Source: Octopus sinensis (Eukaryota). From it: a stretch of DNA of 64,000 bases. Position numbers and translations under genes: made by a program. The notes beneath the pieces were generated by a model, which was not told the DNA's origin, did not search any database, and saw only the letters and a program-made list of their open reading frames with translations. The stretch is taken from positions 119,784,001-119,848,000 of the forward strand of contig NC_043000.1 in assembly GCF_006345805.1 (NCBI RefSeq), given 5' to 3'. How positions within the stretch are numbered: position 1 is the stretch's first letter; every line of letters begins with the position of its first letter. Shown piece by piece: positions 11,735-25,371 of this stretch.

Positions 11735-11930
11735 ATAAATTGTTGGCGATTTTTTTCCTCCATCTTCCCTTCTTTGTATCTTTCCTTTTCCTATGTTTCT
11801 GATGAAGAGCTCCACTTGAAACGTTAAACCCTCCTTCTCTACTTCTTTCCTGAGCATCCAATAATACTATACTCATTCCACGTCCTCGCAGTGTTGTGTT
11901 TTATCTTTGTGTTTTCATGTTTGGATTAAC
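11735..11930 (+). mobile_element. Short pyrimidine-rich repeat carrying a hammerhead motif (Penelope pLTR-like), between TA runs
   Basis: Flanked by (TA)n; contains the motif listed next. Confidence 0.6.
11795..11829 (+). ncRNA. Minimal type-I hammerhead ribozyme motif (second family), stem II weakened
   Basis: GUUU-CUGAUGA-AGAGCUCCACUU-GAAA-CGUU-AAAC; stem I GUUU/AAAC, palindromic ACGU stem III. Confidence 0.6.
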
Positions 11931-12632
11931 TATATATATATATGTGTGTGTGTGTATTGAAACAGCAGGGATTAACTTGAGGGAGATTTGACTGCTGTTG
12001 TTAGCGTGTTGAATAAGAGATGAAACACAATACGCTCAAGTTGTTTCATTGCTTCCTTCAAAACACACAGGAACATGCTGTTTGGTTCTCAGTAAGATGA
12101 AGACGTGGAATTCTTGGAGTGCTGCGTCTATGGGTTTCACCCAGATGTTTTGCTGTGAGGTTAAAATGTTCTTTTCTGCACTGCACTGTTTTGAGTTCAG
12201 TCCCCATGCATGGCACCTTGAACACGTGTTCTCTATTTTCAGCCTTGGATGAACCAATGCCTTTTGAGTGAATCTGGTAGACAGACACTGTGCAGAAGTC
12301 ATTACTTATGCAAAGAAACAATGCAAAAAGCATTAAAAAAAAAAATATATCCACTGTAATTAAGAGTTCAGTTAATACTAAGTCATTAAACTTCAATGTT
12401 GCAGCTAATCCAATGAATTTATTTTCTCTAAATACACTAAGCATAAAGATAAGAATATATCGTCCTCTCATTCATTATATAATGAGTAACCAATTAGAAT
12501 TATAATATTAATTACAATAATATGAATTTTAAAATTTGATTTTATGTCTATGCAAGTTTTAACACCAAGATATTTTAATTAGGGCCATTGTGAGTGTATA
12601 TGTATTTTTGGAGTTTGCATTTACAGATGAAC

Positions 12633-13033
12633 CTCTTTACTCTTTTACTTGTTTCAGTCATTTGACTGCGGCCATGCTGGAGCACCGCCTATTAGTCGAA
12701 CAAATCGACCCCAGGACTTATTCGTTGTAAGCCTAGTACTTATTCTACTGGTTTCTTTTGCCGAACTGCTAAGTTACGGGGACGTAAACACACCAGCATC
12801 AGTTGTAAAGCGATGTTGGTGGGACAAACAGACACACAAACACACACACATATATATATATACATATATACGATGGGCTTCTTTCAGTTTCCGTCTACCA
12901 AATCCACTTACAAGGCTTTGGTCGGCCCGAGGCTATAGTAGAAGACACTTGCCCAAGGCGTCACACAGTGGGACTGAACTCAGAATCATGTGGTTCGTAA
13001 GCAAGCTACTTACCACACAGCCACTCCTACGCC
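12633..13033 (-). mobile_element. SINE family A, near full length
   Basis: tttgactgcggccatgctggagcaccgcc...ttaccacacagccactcctacgcc. Confidence 0.9.
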
Positions 13034-14649
13034 TATAAATTTTCTGGCTACAGATGTTCTGGCACCTCCTTTAATCCCGATGGATTATGAGGAACTGCTT
13101 GGTATTCCCATGGCTGGTAGTGTAGTTCACTGTGTGGCTGTAGGGGGCATTGTGCTACTGTGTGTTTACATGCATTATTTGCGCTGCACTGGTTTTGTGG
13201 CGATACCAAAGTTCTGAGAGACTTTCTGCTTATTTAGCTAAATCCGTTAGCATTTAAATGAGCCATATCAGGTGCCCCTGCATGGCTGTAGTTTCATGAC
13301 TGCAAAATGTAAAGGATAGAAGATAAAAGATATGTCTTCTGAAACTAGGTTGACTGGAAATTTGGTAGTAGTGGTTGTTGTTGTTCTTCTTGTTAAGCAC
13401 CAAGACGGGTAAGGGTGATTAGGTGATGGTCTAGGGCTTAGGGGCGGGAGACCCCCAGACCTTGGGGGGGGGAAACTTTGATCGTCTTGTTGTAGTCGAG
13501 GGCTCTTCGTTGACGCCCAACACCACTGGGAGGTGGCCCTCGAAGTCGCTGAAAATGGAGATCTCCAGGTCCAAAATCTTGAATGGCTGGTAGTGGTGGT
13601 GGTGGTGGTGGTGGGGAAATGGTAATAAGAATAATCAGAAAAAGAAAACACAATCTTTGGTTAACCAGAAAAGATTACAGGAATTCACAGAGATAGAATT
13701 TTCCTGTGGAAAACTTCTACATCCTCTGTAATCCTTCTCCATTTTCTCTGATTTCTTCAGATCTTCATGACTTCAGCAGTTTACAAAAGCAAAACTAACT
13801 TAAACAAAACCAGAATATTCTTTTATTTGTCTTAATATAAACAAGGTTTTGCTTCTTCTTCTGCATCAAAATAAATGAAATTTTATAAATATGGATTGAA
13901 AAATCTTTTCAGTTGTTGGCAAACTGTCATTAATAGCAATAGAGATCTACAGTAAATTACAGAATGTGATCATTTTTTTTCTCTCTTTTCGCTCTTGTTT
14001 TGGCTTTTTGGTATTTTTTCTTCTTTTCAAAAATCTTGACATAAAAATATTATTTATGATAAGACCAGGTATATAAAATTTCATTTTACATTTTGATTTC
14101 TTTCAAATATCCAACTGGAAGTAGAAGAAATTAAAATACAAGGAAAGGAAAACAAAAAAAAAGAAACCCAAAAAACTGAAAGAAATCTACTTTCATCGCC
14201 ACCACCACCACCACCAAAATCACCACACCACTACCACCACCTCCTCCTCCCCTCCCTCTCTTCTTCTTCGTCTTCTTTGTCTTCTTCTTCTACTTCTACT
14301 TCTTCTTCTTCTTCTATTACTGCTATTGAATCTTCTACCACCATAATAATATTTAAACGATAGTCTTGAGACGAAATATGAGAATAGAAGTTAGAGATTT
14401 CGGTCCCTCAAGCTGAAGAAATTTATATAATTCTATTTTCTTTTTTTTTTCTTTTTTTTTTTACTTATTTCTTTGAAATCATCAGAAATGACACTGATTT
14501 AAGATGGTAACCATTATTGCACCTCAGTCTCGTGGTGTTGCCAAACAGAAACGGTTTGTTATTAAACAGCGCATACATTCTGTAGCATTTCACTTTCTCT
14601 TGGAGAGCTTCTGATTAAATGCACATTTATCTTGACATATTTGTATCAT

Positions 14650-15050
14650 TTTCTCTCTCTCTCTCTTTGCATTTCTCTGTCTCTCATTTTCTCTCTCTCT
14701 CTCTCTCTTTGCATTTCTCTTGTCTCTCGTTTTCTCTCTCTCTCTCTCTCTGTGTCTCTGTCTCTGAGGTTGTTTAAAAAGCAGATTCTTCTTTCTGCTT
14801 TATCTATCTTTCTCTTTTTCCTGTCCTCATTGTTCCCCCACCCCACCTCACCCCACCCTTTTTTACCCACTCCCCCACCCTTACCCCCCACTCTCCTTTA
14901 CATTTCTATATTACATAAACAGAATGATGTATAAAGAAATAATACAATAATTCACGATATATGAATATGAATCTATGTGTATTGTTTAACAAAATTACAC
15001 TGTATAAGGCGATGGGAGGGAGGTGGGCTAAAACGCGCACCACGCGCACG

Positions 15051-15093
<43 letters not shown>

Positions 15094-15191
15094 GCGCGCA
15101 GTGTAACTCGTGTATTTGCAGTAACCATCATGAACACACATGCAAAACAATAATTCACTCGAATATTCGTATCGCTCTCTCTATGTATTTA

Positions 15192-15255
<64 letters not shown>

Positions 15256-15340
15256 GTGTGTGTATGTGTGTGAATTTTCTTGAACATTATCTCTTTCTCT
15301 TGCCCTCTCACCCCACCTCTCACTCTCTTGTATGTAATAG

Positions 15341-15393
<53 letters not shown>

Positions 15394-15908
15394 CACACAC
15401 ACACACATGCACATATATATACTGTATGTAGGTGTTGTATGCTTGTGTTGTGTCATGCAGGTATATATTATATACTTGTTATATTTACATTATATATGTA
15501 TACACACACACACACACACACATACACACATATATATATATATATACACATATACACATACATATATATTATGTATGTATGTTTGTATGCATGTATATAT
15601 ATATAGGTGTATGTATGCATGTATATAAATATATATATATATATTGATTCACACATACATTCATATACATAATATATAATATACATATATATATATATAA
15701 TGTATATATATATATGTGTGTGTGTATATTTATATATTTATATGTGTGTGTGTATATTTATATATATGTGTGTGTGTGTATATGTATATATATATGTGTG
15801 TGTGTATATATGTATATATATATACCCACTGACATACACATTAATTTCCGTAACCAACTGCATGCATTGACACACACATACACATGCATGCCTCTCCTCC
15901 CCTTCTCC

Positions 15909-15945
<37 letters not shown>

Positions 15946-16108
15946 CTCTCACTCTCTCACATCGTGATTCTGTTGGATGATGTTCTGTTTCACTCATTTT
16001 TATTCTAATTTAATAACTTGCTTCTGTTTTAAAATCTATATTTCCTTTTATTTCTTTAGGTTTTTTTTTTGTATTCACTCCCACTTACTTATTTGTGATT
16101 TGTTATCT

Positions 16109-16144
<36 letters not shown>

Positions 16145-16145
16145 G
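14650..16145. repeat. Cluster of (CT)n, (CA)n, (TA)n, (TG)n and (GA)n microsatellites
   Basis: Directly visible. Confidence 0.9.
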
Positions 16146-17244
16146 AGAGAGTGAAAGATAGTGTGTGAGTGAGGGTAAGCTATAGGGAAGGTGAGATAGA
16201 GAGGCGGGGGTGAAAATGAAAGTAAAGTAGAGAGAGTAACAGATAACCAATGATGTTTTCTTTTGTTTCAAACTCGATGTTATTGTTCTTGTTATTGTTA
16301 TCATTATTATTATTACTATTATTATCGTTGTTGTTATTGATGTTGTTATAGTTCTTTTTCACCATTAAATATTGTTATTCAATATGACTTCTATTATGAT
16401 ACCTTTTGTGTAGTTTTTTTTGTCTTTCTTCTTTTTTTTCTTTTCGTTCCTTTTCTTTTTCGGAGAGGTGTTGGGTGGGGGTGGGGGCATACCAGGGTGG
16501 TGGTGGTGGGGGGGCGGAGGGTAACGGGCGGGAAGGGAGGGAAATTTTATTTTAAATTATATTGAATAATATATCATCTAGAAGTGCCAAAATCAGCTTC
16601 AGAATACAGAAACTAAACAAACTGCTGCTGCTGCTTCTACTGCTGCTACTACTACTACTACTACTACTACTACAACTACTACTACTACAAAAAATCATTG
16701 TGTTAATAATGGAAAAGCAACAATCCTAAAGGCACAAAAAAGGGGGAAAGGAATTAAAAAAAAAAAACCCAATAATTAAAATATTGCAGCAGATTTTCTA
16801 AGAATGAATTTTTGCTTATTTTTTACCTCTTCTTTCTTTTTCTTGTTTTGGTTAAATAATTCCATAAACCCTGAGGATTCAGAGAGCTGTGATTAAGTTG
16901 TGGATTATGGAGCATCAAGTAGATTAGTGAAGGCCCACTGGATTGGATGACAATCTGTCACTAGTATCTACAACTGAGTCTTAATAGCCATGTACCTATC
17001 TTAATAGTTGTCATCATCATCATCATATTTTTTTTTCTTTCTCCATGTTAGTATAGGCATTGATCAGATCTGCAGCATAATACAGCATTTCATCAAGTGC
17101 CAAAAAAAACAAAAAAAACCCTCTCTTGTCACTGTGACCCAGTAAGGATAAGGATATAAGGATATCAATCCTTGATTGTGTTCTGTTCATTTCTGACAAG
17201 CAGTGGCACTGGGATGGTCCAGCATCTCACCACCTCTGCTGTTG

Positions 17245-17332
17245 CCACCACCACTGCCATCATCACCGCGACCACCACCACTGCCATCATCACCGCCACC
17301 ACCACCACTGCCATCATCACCACCACCACCAT
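17245..17332. repeat. 27-bp tandem repeat x3 (accaccaccactgccatcatcaccgc.)
   Basis: Directly visible. Confidence 0.85.
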
Positions 17333-17778
17333 CTCTACTGTTCTCGTTCCAGCTGCTCTCACCCTTATATAATCCAGTGTGATCTTGTATCTCTGGCAAA
17401 ACTCCATCCTCTCACAACATGGTGTAGAACCATCATTCCTACTTCCCCCTCTGAAATACCAACCAACCCCTATTTAGTTAAGAAGGCTTTTTGCCCTTTT
17501 TCTTCTTTTTTTCCTGTTTTTCCTTTTCATTTTCCTTCTTGTTATTTTCCCTTCTGTCTTTTCTTCCCTTGTCTTTCAATTAACTTGGCAACTCCACTAA
17601 TGCCAGTGCCACGAAAACACCCATCCAATACACTTTGTAAAGTGGTTGGCATTAGGAAGGGTATCCAGCCATAGAAGCCATGTGTAAGATGACACTGGAG
17701 CTCAACACAACCCTTTGGCTCGTTGGATTTTGTTAAACCATTAATGTTGATGATGAATGCAGTCCAGAGTTAGTTTCT

Positions 17779-18446
17779 CTTTTCTTTTTTCTTTATTGCC
17801 CACAAGGGGCTAAACATAAAGGGGACAAACAAGGACAGACAAAGGAATTAAGTTGATTACATTGACTCCAGTGCATAACTGGTACTTAATTTATCGACCC
17901 CAAAAGGATAAAAGGCAAAGTTGACCTCGGCGGAATTTGAACTCAGAACATAAATACAGACAAAATACCGCTAAGCATTTCACCCGGCGTGCTAACATTT
18001 CTGCCAGTTCGCCACTTTATAATATACAAATATTTATTTCTTTGTTGCCCACAGTAGGCTAAACATAGAGGGGACAAACAAGGATAGACAAACGGTTTAA
18101 GTCAATAACATCCACCCCAGTGTGTAACTGGTATTTATTAAATTGACTCTGAAAGAATGAAAGGCAAAGTCGACCTCGGCAGAATTTGAACTCAGAACGT
18201 AACGACAGAAGAAATACCTATTTCTTTACTACCCACAAGGGGCTAAACACAGAGGGGACAAACAAGGACAGACAAACGGATTAAGTCGATTATAGCGACC
18301 CCAGTGCGTAACTGGTACTTATTTAATCGATCCCGAAAGGATGAAAGGTAAAGTCGAGAATGGCAGAATTTGAACTCAGAATGTAGTGGCAGACAAAATA
18401 CCACTAAGCATTTCGCCTGGTGTGCTAAAGTTTCTACCAGCTCGCC
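17779..18446 (-). mobile_element. Composite of SINE family B units (dimer + monomer) inside one TSD
   Basis: 17-bp direct repeat gtccagagttagtttct at 17762-17778 and 18447-18463. Confidence 0.8.
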
Positions 18447-18879
18447 GTCCAGAGTTAGTTTCTGTTTTTGCAAAACTGATCTTTCAATTTTACTTTCATC
18501 AACATCATCATCATAATGTCCACTTTTCTAGGCTCTCATAGACTGTATGAAATTTATTGAGGTGAATTATCTACAGCCAGATGCCTGTCCCATTGCCAAA
18601 CCTCACCTGTTTCCGAGTACGGCAATATTTCTCCGTGGCTGGGAGTGCTTACAAAAGATGTAGGAAATAAAGATAACTTAAGCATGATACTGATGCTTGT
18701 TCACAACCATCATGTGATGTTAAGGCAAGGAAACAGTAACACATGCTTACACACACGCAAACACGAGGGTCTCCTTTCAGTTTCCATCTACCAATATAGG
18801 AAATGAACGAATGACATTCATTTATAACAATCATGCAATGTGAAGACAAAGAGACACAAACACACACACACAGATGTAT

Positions 18880-18958
<79 letters not shown>

Positions 18959-19015
18959 TTTTATTCTTTTAGTTGTGTCAGTCATTTGACTGGGACCATG
19001 CTGGAGCACTGACTT

Positions 19016-20032
19016 AGAGAGCTCTTACCTCTGCTGGTGACAAAGGGCCTCTTGCTCAGAGTAATAGGTAGACTATGACACATGTGTACGAACAGCCATG
19101 CTACATGGCAGTGAAACGTGGGCCGTGACTGCTGAGGAGATGCGTAACTTTGCGAGGAATGAAGATAGTATGATCCGATGGATGTGAAATGTCAGTGTCT
19201 ATACAAACAGAGTGTAAGTACCTTGAGAGAAATGTTGGATCTAAAAAGCATCAGATGTAGTGTGCAAGAGAGACGACTGCACTGGTATAATCATGTGGCG
19301 AGAATGGATGAGGAAAGCTGTGTGAAAAAGTGCCACACCCTAGCGGTTGAGGGAGCCTGTAGAAGAGGTAGACACAAGAAGACCTGGGATGAAATGGTGA
19401 AGCACGACCTTCGAACATTAGGTCTCACCGAGGCAATGAACAGTGACCGAGACTTTTGGAAATATGCTGTGCTTGAGAAGACCTGGCAAGCCAAGTAGAG
19501 ACCATAACCTTGTGGCCTAAGCCAGGGGTGTAACCAGCCCACTTATGCATACCTTCCCTTCATTGGACACTGCTTGCGAAGACCTGTTGAGGCAAGCGAA
19601 ATTGAAATCAAATTCGATGACTGGCATCCGTGCTAGTGGAGCACTAAGAGCACCATCTGAGCATGATTGTTGCCAGAGCGGCCAACTGGCGTTCGTGCCG
19701 GTGGAACGTAAGAAGCACCATTCAAGCGTGATCATTACCAGCGTCGCATTACTGGCACTTGTGCCGGTGTGCAGGTGACATGTAAAAAACAAAAATAAAA
19801 TAAAAACGCAATTTTTTCATGGACATTGCCAGTACCGCCTGACTGGCTCTAGTGTCGGTGGCACGTAAAAGCACCCACTACACTCTGAGAGTGGTTGGCG
19901 TTAGGAAGGGCATCCAGCTGTAGAAACTCTGCCAGATCAAGATTGGAGCCTGGTGCAGCCTCCTGATTTGCCAGTCCTCAGTCAAATCGTCCAACCCATG
20001 CCAGCATGGAAAGCGAACGTTAAACGATGATG

Positions 20033-20034
<2 letters not shown>
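19016..20034 (+). mobile_element. 5'-truncated RTE-clade LINE (ORF C-terminus, 3' UTR and (GAT)n tail)
   Basis: ...MLHGSETWAV...RCSVQERRLHWYNHVARMDEESCVKKC...RGRHKKTW; tail gttaaacgatgatgat. Confidence 0.9.
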
Positions 20035-20089
<55 letters not shown>

Positions 20090-21346
20090 AAGGTGTAGGT
20101 GTGGCTTTGTGGTTGGAAGCTTGTTTCGAAACCACATGGTTCCAGGTTCAGTCCCACTGAGTGGCACCTTGGGCAAGTGTTTTCTGCTAAAGTTTTGTAA
20201 GTGGATTTGGTAGATGGAAACTGAAAGAAGCCCATCATGTGTGTGTGTTACTGTCTCTTTGCCTTGACATTGTGTGATAGTTGTAACTGAGTGTCATTGT
20301 CATACAACTGGTGTCCTTCGTTTCCAGTCATCCCTGAAAATATGCCAGCTCATGGATACATATTGCCTCCCTTGGACAAGTGAAGGTTAGCAACAGCAAG
20401 GGCATCCAGACATAGAAAATTCACCTCAGCAAATTCCGTTTGGTTCATGCAAACATGGAAAAGTGTACATTTATATTTAAAAAAAAATATCCTGTAACCT
20501 TTAGCTCACTGTAAGTGCATCATGTCACTATATGAGTTTTCTCCCCTGTGGTAACAAGGTAGGCAGTGGAAGGGGGAAACAATTCTAAAAAAAAATGCAG
20601 TTGCTAAAGGTTAAAATACTCCACCTTTGTTTAAATTAATTTTCAAAATAATGGTTAGTTAAATAATTTTCTCGTTATTAAGCTAGTGTTTGGAACATAA
20701 ATTAATGTGCAATTTTAATGAAAGTATTTTTTTTTTTTAATATTTTAGATCACATTAAACAGGGTTCTGTCAGGTAGTTATAAAAAAGGTCAAAAGAAAA
20801 TGGCAAAAATAGTATTATTGTCTGTCTGTTTGTCTGACATATAGTAACAAATAAAAACAAAATTATTTTATAGCATTTTGTGTGCTTAACACATTCTCAG
20901 TTTGATCTTAACAGCTGACATTTTATGAACCCTATCTTTTTTCATGGAACATGGAAATAAGTACATTTTGCATGATCATGGGTTAGTCAAACCTTGAGTG
21001 GCAGAGTAACACTTGACTCTGGTGGAAGATCTTTCTGCTTTGTAAGTTAATGTTAAGTCCTACGAGTGCCCAGAATTGACCTGGCTTTCCAAGTTCAAAT
21101 TGCCGATATAGAACTACGACCAGTTTGGTTTACTATATTACCCCATATGAAATACTGCTAGTGTTTAGACAAAAATAAAACATCGTCACCATTACCACCA
21201 CCACCACCACCACCACCTTATATGGTTGTTGTTGTTGTTGCTGTTGTTATTATTACATTTTATTTTCTTTAATAGTTAATGTTTTATTTTTTCTCAATTA
21301 AATACTGACAATTTCTGTAGTAATATTTCAAATTAAGAATTGATTT

Positions 21347-21383
<37 letters not shown>

Positions 21384-21691
21384 ATGTGTTGTTAAATTAT
21401 TGTTCTAATAAACTTTTTGTTTTTTAAATTTTTGTTTTAGCCTTGTCTTTTATTTGCATGTGTGTGTGTGTTTTGTTTTACTGGATATTTTTATATCTGT
21501 TATCATGGTGAATCGGCTGGAGGTTGTTAAGGTAAAATAAAATAAAAAAACTGTAAACAGGCTGTTGTAAAGTAAAAATACTGGACAAATCAAAAAACAC
21601 CTTCCACACCACCACCACCTCCACCATCAACAACATCATCATCAGTGTCATCATCACCACCACTACTACAATGAAGACTGTAACTATTCCA

Positions 21692-22243
21692 ATAGCTGTG
21701 TGGTAAGAAGCTTGCTTCCTAATTACATGCTCTGGGTTCAGTCCTACTGCATGGCACCTTGGGCAAGTGTCTTCTACTATAACCTCAGGCTGACCAAAAG
21801 CCTTGTGAGTGGATTTGGTAAATGGAAACTGAAAGAAGCTCGTCGTATATATATATATATATATACTAGCAGTATCGCCCGGCGTTGCTCAGGTTTGTAA
21901 GGGAAATAACTATAAAGCATTTTTAGAGAGTTATAGCCAAAAAATAGCAAAAAAAATGGAAAAAAATGATGGTAAATTTTTTTTTAGTTAAAAAAGGTGG
22001 AGTTGCGTCCCCTAGACAGTTTGCGGTTTGTGTCTCTAATTCTTGACCCCATGTCGAATTTATCGATTTTTTTCAGAACTGGGGGAACTTTTCAAAATTT
22101 TCGCTGCGTTAGTTTTGAATTATGACATTGGGCTATGTGTGTGTCAAGTTTCATCAGAATCGGTTGAAAGCCGTGGTCAGGGTGAGGGTACAAGCAAACA
22201 GACACACAGAAACACGCACAGACAAACTGCCGTTTATATAGAG

Positions 22244-22281
<38 letters not shown>

Positions 22282-22450
22282 ATCTATGTATATGTTGTGT
22301 GTCTGTGTTTGCTCCCCCATTGTTGCTTGACAGCCAATGTTGGTGTGTTTATGCCACCGTAACTTAGTGGTTTGGCAAAAGGGACTGATAGAATAAGTAC
22401 TAGGTTTACAAAGAATAAGTCTTGGGGTCAATTTGTTCAACTAAAGGTGG
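21692..22450 (+). mobile_element. SINE family A split by a Helitron-like insertion
   Basis: Head 21692-21865, body resumes at 22245. Confidence 0.8.
21866..22244 (-). mobile_element. Non-autonomous Helitron-like element
   Basis: On the minus strand starts TC and ends with a GC-rich subterminal motif (gcaacgccgggcg) then CTAG; inserted between A and T in a (TA)n run with no TSD. Confidence 0.7.
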
Positions 22451-22454
22451 TGCA

Positions 22455-22727
22455 CTGGGGTCGATATAATCGACTTAATCCATTTGTCTGTCCTTATTTG
22501 TCCCCTCTGTGTTTAGCCCCTTGCGGGTAGTAAAGAAATAGGTATTTCGTCTGCAGTTATGTTCTGAGTTGAAATTCCGCCGAGGCCAACTTTGCCTTTC
22601 ATCCTTTCGGGGTCGATTAAATAAGTAACAGTTATGCACTGGGGTCGATATAATCAACTTAATCCGTTTGTCTGTCCTTATTTGTCCCTTCTGTGTGTAA
22701 CCCCTTGTCGGCAGTAAAGAAATAAGA
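22455..22727 (+). mobile_element. SINE family B dimer, 5'-truncated
   Basis: Two tandem cactggggtcgatataatc...ccccttg...aaagaaata units. Confidence 0.8.
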
Positions 22728-24629
22728 TATAAATAAACTTTTCTTTAATTGACTTAAGTTTTACTAGTTTTGGGGGGGTTCCCCCCCCCCACTTCAACCA
22801 AATCAAGGTTTTGGATCTGGTCAGAATAGTAACGAAATACTGACTGAATGAGATTCAACATGGTAGAAGTCATAAAGCTTCAATTGTGATTTTAGTTCCA
22901 GATCACCCCTGATTAAGTTAACCTCCGGTCAGAGGGCTCCATTTGTGTCCCCTCTCTTATTGAGGATTACATTATCAATGTGTCCCTTCCTTATTTCTGT
23001 ACAGTTTAGTACAGTGTAATTTAAGAGGGACTTCGCTATTATTTCTTGCAGGTACTGTCATTTGGTATTTGGATGAATAGATTCTCTTTAGCGGTTATAA
23101 TTCCGAAAATATTTCAAAACCAGGCTGGAAAATATTATTATATAAAATTAATTAAATGATGTCGTATGATGTGCTATGTAATTCTGGTTGTTTTCATTCT
23201 TTCCTTCCTTCTTTCTTCTTTCTTTCTTTCTTTCTCTTTCATGGTTCTTTTATTCTTTGTTTATAATTCATAACATTGTTTTCATTCATTTAATCATACT
23301 TTCTCTCTTTCACCTTCCTCCTGTATTTCTTTCCATTTTTTAATTATCTTTCTTTTTTTTATGTTTTCCTGTAATTTTTTTTTTATCACAAATTTTTCTT
23401 TTAATCTTAATTTTTTTTTTTCTTTTTAAAATCATACTTCCGTCATTTCATTTCTTTCCCTCCTCCAGCTTCCATTCCAAAATGAAACACAGAATCCACA
23501 TATCTAAAATAATCCCATTGAAATGAAAAATTGCCGTAATATTTGTGGAAGAAAGAACTAAGAAGAAAGCCTGTCCTTCTACTCAAACTTTCTTTTATAT
23601 ATTTCTTTCATATTATTTTCTTCTTTATTCTTTGTCATCTGTGCAATAGTCTTGTTATTAATGGCTCCACTCTCACACTTTGCAACTTTTACAACACACC
23701 AGCTACTTTATATGCAGGTGTGCATCTTGAAACAATTTCGAATCAAGACAGTTTTGTTTATGCATTTTAATTTTGATTTAGCTTTTATTTTTTTCTAAAA
23801 AAAAAATCTTGACATTTATTTCAAAATATTTTCCCCTTTTTTTATATTCATATGTTACTCAATTTTCTTTGGCTAAATTATTCTAGAAAGTAAATTAAAA
23901 TTAATTAATTCATTTGGTGCATTTTGCATGGGAAAATGCACTCCTTGCTAATACCTAAGTCGTTGTAAATAGATGTTTATGCTTAAAAGGATGGCGATTG
24001 CAACAGCTGCACTTGAATGCTAGTTCAGAAAAGTGCAACATAAATGTGCAATGTTTTAAGAGCGGAGCCTTAGAAAGAATGGATGCGGAGTTGTGTAATA
24101 GGTTTGACTAGCTTAATAGCTTAATGTCATATATGCATGCTGACATGCAAACAAACACTTATTCTGATATGGTTGCGAGCTAGCGCCATCTCTACAACAA
24201 GCCTCGCAGCCTGGAAGTTTGCAAGTTTCATGCTGCCATCTGATAAGCTAAGCTCATTTAAAGAATCCATCAAGCTAAGCTTAGGATATTTAATAAATTA
24301 AACCCTTTCAGTAGGTGCAAATGCAATCTAATGGATAAGGTCGTCGTAGTAAAGGCATAAAGGCAATAAAAATAAATATCAACAACATGCAAAGAAAAAG
24401 ACGAGAACGGCTAAGAAAATGGGTTTTATCTCAACAAGGACTTAACTTGTTCGTCTCAAATCAATGATGTCAATCCTGCTTCACTCCGTCCTTCAGCTTA
24501 TCTTTGCATTATTCTTGCTATCAGAATAGTGGGAGAAAACCTCACAATCAATTACCTATACAAATGTTTCATTTGTCCTTCAAGCTATTAGATTGGCAAT
24601 AATATAAATTGAAGTTTATTAGATTTCCT

Positions 24630-24641
24630 TCTGTCTCTGTT

Positions 24642-24715
<74 letters not shown>
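24630..24715. repeat. (CT)n microsatellite
   Basis: Directly visible. Confidence 0.95.
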
Positions 24716-24718
<3 letters not shown>

Positions 24719-24915
24719 CTTTCTGTCTCTCTAATTCTACTCCAAAATACTTCAGTTATTTTCTACAATCCTTTTTGTAACTTCTTTGGTAAAACAAATA
24801 AGGAACATAAAAAAAAAGAGAGAATCATTTCAACATTCATATTCTACATTGATTTCCACTCAGTATAGATTTGGGCTGTTTTTGCACACACACATACACA
24901 TAAATATATATATAT

Positions 24916-24960
<45 letters not shown>

Positions 24961-25371
24961 ACACATTCATACATTCGTACCCATACACATATGCACACAT
25001 ATAAATGCATACATACACAAAGAGATATGACTTTGGAAACCATGTGTGCTGGTGTGTATATATGTGTATATGTAGGTAGCTTAATAATTTTCCCTATAAT
25101 AGGCTCATATAGCCACATCCACAAAGCACAAACATAAACATAATGAGCATGTGTGTGTGTGTGAGAAATGAAAAAATTGTACTGAAATGAGAAATTGTCA
25201 TTTTTGCTTGGAGCAGAAAAACTAGGAAAGAAAGCTGCTTTGTGTTTCTTCATGTTTACATCATAATCATTTAACGTCCATCTTCCATGCTGCATGGCTT
25301 TGATGGCTCAACAGGAACTAACAAGCGAGAAGACTAATCCAAGCTCCAATGTCGGCTTTTGTATGATTTCT

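Noticed and set aside
24171-24211. miRNA precursor
   Set aside because: The stem is only ~11 bp with a large loop, too short for a pre-miRNA.
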